DNA of 64,000 nt from assembly GCA_963693365.1 (NCBI GenBank), contig CAVNZM010000009.1, positions 5,524,245-5,588,244 of the forward strand, given 5' to 3'. Source of the DNA: Amoebidium appalachense (lineage: Eukaryota > Protista > Ichthyosporea). Each line of letters begins with the position of its first letter. Within the stretch, counting starts at the first letter, position 1. Positions 22,974 to 32,992 of the stretch are shown here, in pieces. The notes below the pieces were generated by a model that worked only from the letters and a program-made list of their open reading frames with translations, was not told where the DNA came from and did no database searches. The position numbers and the translations under genes are program-made.

Positions 22974-25900
22974 ATGCACACGCACACCCCGCCCCCGCGC
23001 AAAAAGAAAAATGTGCATTTTGCTGACCGTGTGCACTCCTCCATTGCAGAACCACGGCATGAAAATGCCACTGTGTGCACATTAACCCACGAAAATAAAT
23101 GCACAGCCACACTTGCGCGAATGTATGTGCATGGGAAGCTAGTCACAGTAGTTGTCGACTCTGGTGCTAGCCATAGCTGTATAAGCACAGCATTTTACGA
23201 ATCTCTCCCTGTAGTGGCAAGAAAACGAATTCAGCATGTTCCTAATTTTAGTGTACTGGATGCACAAAGTAACGAAATGACATGCCAAGGAAGTATATCT
23301 CTCACTCTCGCCATTCCCAACGAATCTGCTCTAGTGGTGCACAGATGGCATGTGATTGATAATCTACCATATGATGCCTTATTAGGTGTTGATTTCATGG
23401 GGCCACAACAGGGACGAATTGATTACGGTGCTGCAGAACTTTCGTTCATGTATGCTAAGGAAAATCGCAGGTGCAGTATTCCGGTGTGGTGGTTGCGTGG
23501 GAGTGCGGAGGAGACAGCTGTTTCTCGCGTATTAATTACCACCACAGGTATTCACCTCCCGGTAGATGCGTCAAATATCGCAACGTGTAAAATAAAACTC
23601 GCTGCCGGCGCACCACCACCACGAACTTTAGACTGTTGTATGGGCACAGTGGTTCCATGTGGTCCACTTAATTCACGGGCTTACACAACAGCATGCAGTG
23701 TCACCAGTTTAGCTCGAATTTCGAATAACGAACCCCCCCTCTCCACTAGCGAAGAAAGTGTGATCGAGGACGAATACGAATGCAATGTGTTGTTGACTAA
23801 CACATCGGACCATCATGTGTACCTAGGCCCTGGTACGGAGGTGGCCATGTTTATTCCCTTGCAATCAGATGACACTGTTACTCTTTTAGCACGTCCATAC
23901 TCCGGTAATGGAACCAGGAGGGCGACAACCCCACACCCTGGCCATCCATTAGGTACCTCTGCTAAAACGAACTTTTCTTCGCAGGAATCAACCGAAGAAC
24001 CCAACGAACACGAACCACGCACTTTCCAGGCGGCTACTAATATTAACGGTAGTATTAAGGTGTGTGAACGGAGTAAAATTATGAATATGAGTACGAAAGA
24101 GAACACCACACAGCGCAGTTCCACGAAAATGAATGGTTTTGGTAATCCAGCACTAACAAAACCAGAGGTAGGGCCACCTACTATCGAAGCAGCAGATGGG
24201 GCACCATCTACCACTGCACTGGAGGATACGAATAATTTACGAAAGCGTACGCACGAATGTACCTCCGACGGGGAAGCCGCCACAGACGACGACTTGCCTT
24301 TTGGGGTCAAACCTCCAGAAGAATACGACATGCCTGGAACTCCCCCAGACCAACGGAAACCGTTGGCGAAACGGATACGAAAACTGCTTAAGAAATGGAA
24401 GCATGTGTTCTCTGCACACGACAACGACTTTGGTTTGAGTACCTTAGACGAACTGTCGATCGAAGTAACTACCACCATACCACAGTACCGCAGGCCCTAT
24501 AACATCCCACATCACCTTCGCGATAGCCTACACAAACAAATTCAAAATTGGGTAGAGTTTGGAGTGATTGAGCCGGCGTCCAGCCCTTACTCCGCTCCGA
24601 TGGTGTTGGTGGCGAAAAAGGACGGGTCTTTAAGAGTCTGCATTGATTTTAGAATGCTGAACTTGGTTACGAAGAAAGACGGTTACCCTTTACCACGAAT
24701 TGACATGGCTCTGGGTATGCTCAGAGGTGCCCGCGTGTTTTCCGCACTTGATTTAAACGGTGGTTACCACCAAGTCAAAGTAGCCGATAACGACAAAGAA
24801 AAACTTGCATTTACCACCCCCTGGGGGCAGTATCAATTCGCACGCGCACCTTTTGGAGTAAGTAACATGCCTGCTGTCTTTTCAAGGATGATGAACCGTG
24901 TATTCGCTGGTATGCTGTGGACACATGTACTCATATATCTCGATGATATATTAGTTATGTCACCCACTATCGAAGAACATTTTGGGCATTTAGATTCATG
25001 TTTTTCCCGGCTCTGTGATGCAGGATTAAAACTGAAAGGCAGAAAATGCTCTTTGTTCATGGAAGAAGTTGGCTATTTAGGCCATCGTGTATGCCCGGAT
25101 GGTATTAAGGTAGACCCAGAAAAAGTGGCAGCAATTAAGAATAAAAGCTACCCACAAAATTTATCTGAGCTACGAAGTGACCTCGGGTTATTTTCATATT
25201 ATCGAATATTTGTGGACGATTTCAGCCATACGGCTGAACCACTCACGCGAATGCTGGGCACCTCGAAGGAGGATTCAGAATTACTAAAACGAATTCAGGA
25301 AAAAATGCCCCCCTCTACGAAACCCGCCAAACGCAACGGCAGCGCAAAACAAAGAAAAGACGAAGCAAAAAATTTGCACGCCGATTCTGCAGCTATTTTG
25401 GCCACGAAAAAGAAAGCACAGAATAATGCTGCATGGGTGTGGGGTACGGAACAGGAGAAAGCATACGATACCCTTAAGAATGCGTTAATTAATGCACCTG
25501 TGCTTGCTCACCCCGATTTCACCAAACCTTTTATTGTTGACTCAGATGCTTCACAGTATGCTCTGGGCGATGTGATTTCGCAGGTAGGTGATGACGGCAA
25601 AGAACGACCCATAGCTTATGCTAGCAGAACACTCTCTAAGAGTGAACGAAATTATGCGGCGAATAAAAGGGAAGCCTTAGGCGTGTATTGGGCTGTGTGC
25701 AAAGCATTTCGCGCTTACACCTATGGGGCTCCTTTCTTGTTACGAACCGACCACTCCAGCTTGACGCGCATTCTGTCTACCGGCGATGCACCAGAACCTG
25801 TTGTTGCAGGCTGGCAAATGGCGCTTTCCGCATACACATACGAAATTCAGCACAGGGCAGGCAAACACCACAGCAATGCTGATGGACTCTCTCGGCCATC

Positions 25901-26753
25901 TAAAGAAAATGCGCAACCAGGACCCGAAGACACTGAGCTGACATACCCCCCACTGATCGGCACAGTCTCGGGCTCGTCCACGGTGTTTGCGGTAACACGC
26001 TCCGCCGCAGCGACAGCGCAGGCACAAGCTGCCACCCCCCCACCCCCAGCTGAACCCACGAAACCTAATACCACGCCGCCAGAATTTATTCCCCCAAAAG
26101 CGGATGGACAAATGCCCACCTATGAACAGTATGTGTCAGCACAGAAGGCTGATAAACACATTGCGAAAGTCAGGGCCTACCTGGAAAAAGCACCGGGCTA
26201 CGAATTATTTGGCAACGAAATCGCGATGGAAGCTAGTCGCTGCACCATAGACAATGACCTTGTGTATGTGTGGGTCCTAGAACAGCGTGGCCCCCGCAAA
26301 GCCAGCAAGGAACCACGAATTTGGGTGCCGTCTACGCTTGTGCGCCTCGTTTTGGCCGCATGTCACGACGCCCCAACCGCAGGTCACCTCGACGCAGCAC
26401 GCACCTTCCACCGAGTTACCCAGACAGCATGGTGGCCACGTGTATGGCAAGACTCAGTGCAGTGGGTAACCACATGCAAAGCCTGTCAATACCGGAAGAC
26501 ACCTCGAATGCAAAAGAAACTACGAATTCACGATGGTTTTATACCCACCTATCCCTTTCAATACGTGTCTATGGACATTACTGAGATGCCTACGAAATCT
26601 GATCTCCGAGTTTCCCTGTTGGTGTTTCTCGACCTCTTCACTCGCTGGCCGGAAGTGATTTTATTTCACAAAACACCCACCGCCGAAGACGTAGCAAAAG
26701 CATTCGAAGACTCCATCTACTGCCGTCACGTCACGGTCGTCCGGAATTTTTAG
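22974..26753 (+). CDS. pol: Gypsy pol: aspartic protease, RT, RNase H, N-terminal integrase
   Basis: VVDSGAS; LDLNGGYHQ, YLDD; DSDAS, RTDH; zinc-binding HDAPTAGH...CKAC; MDITE. Frame is open from 22857 and frameshifts at ~26735. Confidence 0.95.
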   Translation: MHTHTPPPRKKKNVHFADRVHSSIAEPRHENATVCTLTHENKCTATLARMYVHGKLVTVVVDSGASHSCISTAFYESLPVVARKRIQHVPNFSVLDAQSNEMTCQGSISLTLAIPNESALVVHRWHVIDNLPYDALLGVDFMGPQQGRIDYGAAELSFMYAKENRRCSIPVWWLRGSAEETAVSRVLITTTGIHLPVDASNIATCKIKLAAGAPPPRTLDCCMGTVVPCGPLNSRAYTTACSVTSLARISNNEPPLSTSEESVIEDEYECNVLLTNTSDHHVYLGPGTEVAMFIPLQSDDTVTLLARPYSGNGTRRATTPHPGHPLGTSAKTNFSSQESTEEPNEHEPRTFQAATNINGSIKVCERSKIMNMSTKENTTQRSSTKMNGFGNPALTKPEVGPPTIEAADGAPSTTALEDTNNLRKRTHECTSDGEAATDDDLPFGVKPPEEYDMPGTPPDQRKPLAKRIRKLLKKWKHVFSAHDNDFGLSTLDELSIEVTTTIPQYRRPYNIPHHLRDSLHKQIQNWVEFGVIEPASSPYSAPMVLVAKKDGSLRVCIDFRMLNLVTKKDGYPLPRIDMALGMLRGARVFSALDLNGGYHQVKVADNDKEKLAFTTPWGQYQFARAPFGVSNMPAVFSRMMNRVFAGMLWTHVLIYLDDILVMSPTIEEHFGHLDSCFSRLCDAGLKLKGRKCSLFMEEVGYLGHRVCPDGIKVDPEKVAAIKNKSYPQNLSELRSDLGLFSYYRIFVDDFSHTAEPLTRMLGTSKEDSELLKRIQEKMPPSTKPAKRNGSAKQRKDEAKNLHADSAAILATKKKAQNNAAWVWGTEQEKAYDTLKNALINAPVLAHPDFTKPFIVDSDASQYALGDVISQVGDDGKERPIAYASRTLSKSERNYAANKREALGVYWAVCKAFRAYTYGAPFLLRTDHSSLTRILSTGDAPEPVVAGWQMALSAYTYEIQHRAGKHHSNADGLSRPSKENAQPGPEDTELTYPPLIGTVSGSSTVFAVTRSAAATAQAQAATPPPPAEPTKPNTTPPEFIPPKADGQMPTYEQYVSAQKADKHIAKVRAYLEKAPGYELFGNEIAMEASRCTIDNDLVYVWVLEQRGPRKASKEPRIWVPSTLVRLVLAACHDAPTAGHLDAARTFHRVTQTAWWPRVWQDSVQWVTTCKACQYRKTPRMQKKLRIHDGFIPTYPFQYVSMDITEMPTKSDLRVSLLVFLDLFTRWPEVILFHKTPTAEDVAKAFEDSIYCRHVTVVRNF

Positions 26754-27683
26754 TATCGGACAACGGCGCGAATTTGGCAGCTATGTTGGTCACAGATGTC
26801 TGTCGAGTGTTGGCTACAAAACGAATTTTTGCAAGTCCCTACAGCCCCCAGACCAATGGTGCCGTAGAGCGATTCAATCGCACACTTAAGAATATTATTG
26901 CCACTCTCGTGCAGGATAAACACCACGAATGGATTGACTACTTACCGCAAGTACTGTTTTCCTACCGCACCGCACCGCCTACCACTCTTCCTTGGGGGAC
27001 ACGCCATTCTTCATGCTTTATGGCAGAGATCCGGTCGAGGCCCCCCGCCCCCCAATTGCGGCTTCATGTGGGATGGAGACGGAGGAATACCGTCGAGAAC
27101 TACTGCAACTTGAGTGCAGTATGCCCGGCAAACAGTCACACGAATTATGTCTGAAGCTGCCCGTCGTAGTAAAATCACGGCTAACAAAAATGCTCGTGAA
27201 CCCACAGAACTCGAGGGTCTGGTGTTGAAAGCAGTCACAGACTCCACCACCGACCACAGTCTACCCACGGCACTCAGACCTAAATGGGAAGGTCCGTATC
27301 GCGTCCTGCGGCGCGTTACCGACGCCCCCATGTCTTACGAAATTCAGCGGGTTGGGTCAACGGACACCGTTCGAGCACACGCAAATCACTTAAAGCCGTA
27401 TTTTCCCCGTGACGACGTTGATATGACGCCAGCTGACTCTGGTCCGCAAGATCCACCCACCCCCACCTTCGAAGTGGCAAAAATTATTGCCCACAAGTAC
27501 GACTCGGCAACTACCCAAGCCCTTTACAAAGTTCGTTGGAAAGGGTACACGGCTAAGAACGACACCTGGGAACCTCACTCCGGCCTGCAAGACACAGCCG
27601 CAGGAGCACTCCCAGACTACCTAGGTACTTTGGTGGCCGGCCCTGCCAGCCAGCCCGCACGAAAGAAGCGCCGACGTCGCTAA
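26735..27683 (+). pseudogene. pol: Gypsy integrase core/C-terminus with GPY/F motif and chromodomain, frameshifted
   Basis: SDNG, PQTNGAVERFNRTL, WEGPYRV, and chromodomain FEVAKIIAHK...YKVRWKGYTAKNDTWEP; basic tail RKKRRRR. Confidence 0.9.
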
Positions 27684-27734
27684 CTTCCCTCAGCCTGGTG
27701 GTTTACCGTCTCCAGACCATACCACCAGGCTCCC

Positions 27735-27748
27735 GAGAAGGGGGGGAG
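27735..27748 (+). promoter_or_regulatory. Polypurine tract
   Basis: All-purine GAGAAG-G-run-AG immediately before the 3' LTR. Confidence 0.9.
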
Positions 27749-28360
27749 TGTAAACATCTGTACACGCCGTACATGTTTACTATTACGAATATACTGTACA
27801 TATCATAGTGATCACGTAGATATTGTGTACATATGATCAGATCAATATCACACGCGACAGCCGCGCCGGGCTGCGGCTCACGACTGAGCCGCGGCGCCGG
27901 CAATATGCAGTGGCCGTGCAGTCAGTACGAACCAATAGAATTCGAGAACCGCTAGGATAGGAATGCAAGTCTCATCCACTACGGACGCGACATCTATAGC
28001 TAAACGAACGGAACCAATAAGGAAATCAGACCCAGTTGCATAAACCTAAACGGGCTTAAGTGTTGACCAATCATTTGCCACAAAGTTATCCTTTTAGTTA
28101 GCTTCATGTTATTGGTGCACTGTGTGCACATAAAGACGACCGCAACTTCTGACTGGTCAGAAGTCACGAAGGCATCAATGCCACCCATCCAGATGATCCG
28201 GAACCTGGGGGCTATATAAACAAGCCGTCTCAGTACGGGGGATCACTCTGAACGAGCACATTAAATAGTAACCTGGCCGCGTGTGCCTTACTACCCGTTC
28301 TCTGTCTTTATTCTGATTCAGTTGTTCTCTGCCTTATCCCAACTAGTTCAACTGTTTACA
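27749..28360 (+). repeat. 3' LTR
   Basis: TGTAAACA...TGTTTACA, followed by TSD CCTCC. Confidence 0.96.
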
Positions 28361-29347
28361 CCTCCGCGTCACTCATTAGTTCCAACGAACGTGCACAGAA
28401 AACAGTCATTTTTTAAATATCTTGATGAAAATAAGCCCGGGCCCGGTATGACATGTACACAACATGTGCACACACATCTTGCATGCACTTGCACATATAC
28501 CGTACAAACTGATCACATACTATGCATTATGCTAGCTCAGACTTGTACATGTGTACAGTACGTGTAGACTACATCTATGCATAAATGTCGAGGCTCCCCC
28601 CCCCCCCCCCGCCCCGCCCCCCCCCCCCCCCCCCCCCCCCCTGAAATATTGATGTCTCTCAAGCCATTCTGAGCCCGGCGAGGTTATATGCGGCAAATAA
28701 TAACCCCCCCCCCCCCCCCCCCCCCCCCCGGCCTCCGCCCCCCCCCACCCCTCCCCCCCCCCCCCCCCCCCCCCCCCGCCCTGTACGCCCCGCCCGCCGC
28801 TTCCCCCCTGCCCCCCTTTTAGAATAAATTTATCCGCTACTAACTAAGGTATCTCTCGAGCCATCAGCCCGGTGATTCATCGAGGTAGTGATAGCCAAGC
28901 CCGAAATATTATATATTATTGTCGATATCGTAGCTTCCGCACGCAATGCATATGGCCCATATATGCATGATCCTTGAAGCTCGGGAGCCTCAGGTTGTGC
29001 ATGGGCCATGCACTATGGCCAGGCGTACGGGTGTCGGTTTCGGGTGGTGTGCGCCAGGGAGCTGGCGCCAACTTGACTTGACATCAAACATAGCAAAACA
29101 AGCGGCTAGTAGCGCCCTATTTTTGTAGGCCATGAAGGTGGCCGGCACCGCCTGATTGTGTTGCGGACCCTTGTGTCCCGGCGCGCGGGTGCCCTTACTG
29201 AGGCCTTGATCAACTACTGATATCGATGATAGGGCTTATAATCTCCTACCCGGCCCCAACAAGCTTGTACAATCGTGACGTACGCTCATGATCGATATCC
29301 CCCTTCAAGTTTATGCATATATGTCAAAAGACCAAGCTGCCCCCCTT

Positions 29348-29378
<31 letters not shown>

Positions 29379-29823
29379 ATCCCCTCCCCAATCGAATTCC
29401 CCACAGTGCCCCGGCCGCCGACTACATACTAGGCTTGGATCGATGCAGTCACATGTACATGTGCATGTACATATGACACACGTACATGTACGTATATACA
29501 CGGTACGCGTACGTATACATATATACTTCTATGATATGACCCCCCCCCCCCCCCCCCCCCCACGGCCCGGTTGCAGTGTACGTTGCAATTAATATTGGCC
29601 GGCTCGCGCGGATCTTCTTCTTTCCCTCTCCTTATACATTTTTTTATTTGCTCAACCATTGGGGGAGCGGCCATTCACAAAACATATTTCTATTTATATA
29701 GTATGATATATACATATATATATTAATAAGCCTTTATAATAGTATATATATATATAATGAATTCGAATTTTTCCCAACTAACGCGATGTATCTTTTCCAA
29801 AATCGTGGAATGGATTTTCCGTG

Positions 29824-31597
29824 AAATCCATGAAATCTACCAAAATGGAATTTTTGCTGCACATCAACCAATAAAAATTTTTCACAAGTGGCTAAAACCC
29901 CTAGATCACAAAGACCAAATCGATTGCCGCCCATTTCGGACTAGATATAACTCAAACTCATCAATATATCCATATGGCATATCCCACAGAACATAAAAAC
30001 AGCTACAGCTCCCTAAATAAAAATGCTAGCAGCCTGAAACTTTGCACACACATCAAACACACCATGGCCTACAACATTATACTACCATTAAGTTTACAGC
30101 ACACTCGCAACACACAATTTCACTCCAACGGGGCTATCTAATTCTCCTGGAAAGAAAACACGTTTACAAACTTAATATTCTTATGCCAACGTCGTCTTTA
30201 CCAACCCCAGCAAGGGGATACATGAGCCGGTGCCTGTGGATCAATCTCACAAGCAGGCACAGGTGTGCTCCACCACTCCCTACCTGGCACGGGAAGGAAC
30301 GAACCATGCCGTGGGTGACTGACGCAGCGCTGCAGCCCGGGCAAGGAGCGACGCAGGCACGCGAATAGAAAGAACAAGAGACTGGCCGGCCTGCACATAC
30401 CGGCGGAGGGAGGCATGCGATCTCCATCGACCACGCAGAGCAATCGTCTCTACTGAAACACCCTGACATAGTCTCTCGAGGCACCACCATGGCGAAGACT
30501 GTGAAGATGGAACCCATACTCGTTGAGGCCGAGGGAGTCACATGCCGCTTGGAACTTGGCACGCAGAACATCATACGAGAAAGGAAACAGCCGCGCAGAA
30601 GGGGGGGCACCACGGAACCAGAAAGACAGGATGGCCAACAGGGACGGATCGGTGATGGGGACAAACTGATTTGGACCGGTCTTGGTGTCGGCCAGGCGGA
30701 TGCCGCCTGTACCGGGTGGCATGTCGTGGGGAACGGGGTCGTCAGGCAAAATAAGATCCGCACGGGTGAGCATAAGCAGCTCACTGACACGAAAATAACA
30801 CTCAAATCCAAGCAAAACAGCAATACCAAACAAGGGGGCAATTTTGGAATACAAATGACGGCCAATGACGAGGACCAATGAAAATGGAAGCGGGTGCGTG
30901 GTCTTTGCTGGAACAAGCCGGTTCCAGCCCTGCAGGCTCCGTTGGGCGGCCTGCAGGTGTGGACCCAGGCGTGGCATGAAATGCTTGATGCCGGCAGCTG
31001 TGTAGACACAGCGCTGACGCTGGCCACGCGATGGATCAATGGCATAACACTCCTCAAAATACTCCACCAGGAAGTCGTCCAGTTCGGCGGGGGACTTGGT
31101 GTCGGTGCCAGGGGGCAACCAATCCAGGAACTCAACAACAGCATCCCGGTAGGCCTTGAGGGTTGGGAGCTTTATGGCCTGGTCAGCCAGAAAACCGCGA
31201 GGGACCATCTGCAGGATTGTGGGCTGACGGCAGCCACACACAATACAAACGAATGTCGAGGGCAAGCGTGTTGGCAGCCACCTGGCGGCATACACGGTTA
31301 AGGCGTCGGGATGCTGAACGACCCTTAGCAACAGCCCCAAGCAGCGCCGTTGAATCAAGGCCCCAAAGGTTGCAGTGAGGCAGCACTTCGCGGAGAAGCG
31401 TTGCTGGAAGCACCCGGGACACCACTGCACCACCCAACAAGGAAGCATCAGTGCAGAACATGGTGCTTGCAAACCCAGAACGCAAATCACAACGCATCAA
31501 AGGGGCCAAAGCACACATCACCTGAAGCTCCCACACCACGGGCGGGGGAAGGGGCTGTTCCCGACCCCCCAGCTGCTCCACAAAACTGTAGACGGCA
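29824..31597 (-). mobile_element. YR family A partial copy (RH part-YR-B1-partial A2); left arm of an inverted composite
   Basis: Matches family A; internal deletion at ~31368 (GGT microhomology); YR frameshifted near its C-terminus. Confidence 0.9.
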
Positions 31598-32992
31598 TTG
31601 GTCCTCGTCATTGGCCATCATTTGTATTCCAAAAATGCCCCCTTTTTTGGTATTGCTGTTTTGCTTGGATTTGAGTGTTATTTTCGTGTCAGTGAGCTGC
31701 TTATGCTCACCCGTGCGGATCTTATTTTGCCTGACGACCCCGTTCCCCACGACATGCCACCCGGTACAGGCGGCATCCGCCTGGCAGACACCAAGACCGG
31801 TCCAAATCAGTTTGTCCCCATCACCGATCCGTCCCTGTTGGCCATCCTGTCTTCTGGTTCCGTGGTGCCCCCCCTTCTGCGCGGCTGTTTCCTTTCTCGT
31901 ATGATGTTCTGCGTGCCAAGTTCCAAGCGGCATGTGACTCCCTCGGCCTCAACGAGTATGGGTTCCATCTTCACAGTCTTCGCCATGGTGGTGCCTCGGA
32001 AGACTATGTCAGGGGTGTTTCAGTAGAGACGATTGCTCTGCGTGGTCGATGGAGATCGCATGCCTCCCTCCGCCGGTATGTGCAGGCCGGCCAGTCTCTT
32101 GTTCTTTCTATTCGCGTGCCTGCATATCTCCTTGCCCGGGCTGCAGCGCTGCGTCAGTCACCCACGGCATGGTTCGTTCCTTCCCGTGCCAGGTAGGGAG
32201 TGGTGGAGCACACCTGTGCCTGCTTGTGTGATTGATCCACAGGCACCGGCTCATGTATCCCCTTGCTGGGGCTGGTAAAGACGACGTTGGCATAAGAATA
32301 TTTAGTTTGTAAACGTGTTTTCTTTGCAGGAGAATTAGATAGCCCCGTTGGAGTGAAATTGTGTGTTGCGAGTGTGCTGTAAAATTCGTAGTAGTAGCAT
32401 GGTGTAGGCCTTGGTGTGTTTGATGTGTGTGCAAAGTTTCAGGCTGCTAGCATTTTTATTTAGGGAGCTGTAGCTGATTTCATGTTCTGTGGGATATGCC
32501 ATATGGATATATTGATGAGTTTGAGTTATATCTAGTTCGAAATGGGCGGCAATTGATTTGGTCTTTGTGATCTAGGGGTTTTAGCCACTTGTAAAATTTT
32601 TTCATTGGTTGATGTGCAGCAAAAATTCCATTTTGGTAGATTTCATGGATTTGATAGGTTTTAAGTCATTTCTTCATGTTTCCAGTGGCAAAAATGTGGG
32701 CCGCCGCGCTATATAATGAGCTTGCGCGGCCCCAGGGAGGTCAGTTGCGGCGCTACTGAGCGCGTTTAGGTCTCTTTAGGCCAAATTGTTTAGCTAAGTT
32801 TTTGCCCACCCACCACACCCTTTGCCTATTTAGGCACTAGGCTACGTTTTTTGAGCATGTTTCTGTATGACATTTGTCATTCTTTTCATTGCTCCTGTGG
32901 AGCACACCTGTGCCTGCTTGTGAGATTGATCCACAGGCACCGGCTCATGTATCCCCTTGCTGGGGCTGGTAAAGACGACGTTGGCATAAGAA
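31596..32992 (+). mobile_element. YR family A 3' part (mid-YR-B1-A2-spacer-B2); right arm of an inverted composite
   Basis: Starts at CATTGGTCCTCGTC within YR and ends at ...CATAAGAA. Confidence 0.9.

Larger units (their letters stand above)
14649..28360 (+). mobile_element. Full-length Ty3/Gypsy LTR retrotransposon with chromodomain integrase, interrupted by a YR element
   Basis: Two 612-bp TG..CA LTRs, 5-bp TSD CCTCC (14644-14648, 28361-28365), PBS, PPT, and domain order gag-PR-RT-RH-IN-chromo. Confidence 0.97.

Noticed and set aside
28380-29820. Poly-C/palindrome-rich stretch as a discrete element
   Set aside because: No terminal repeats, TSD or credible ORF found by eye
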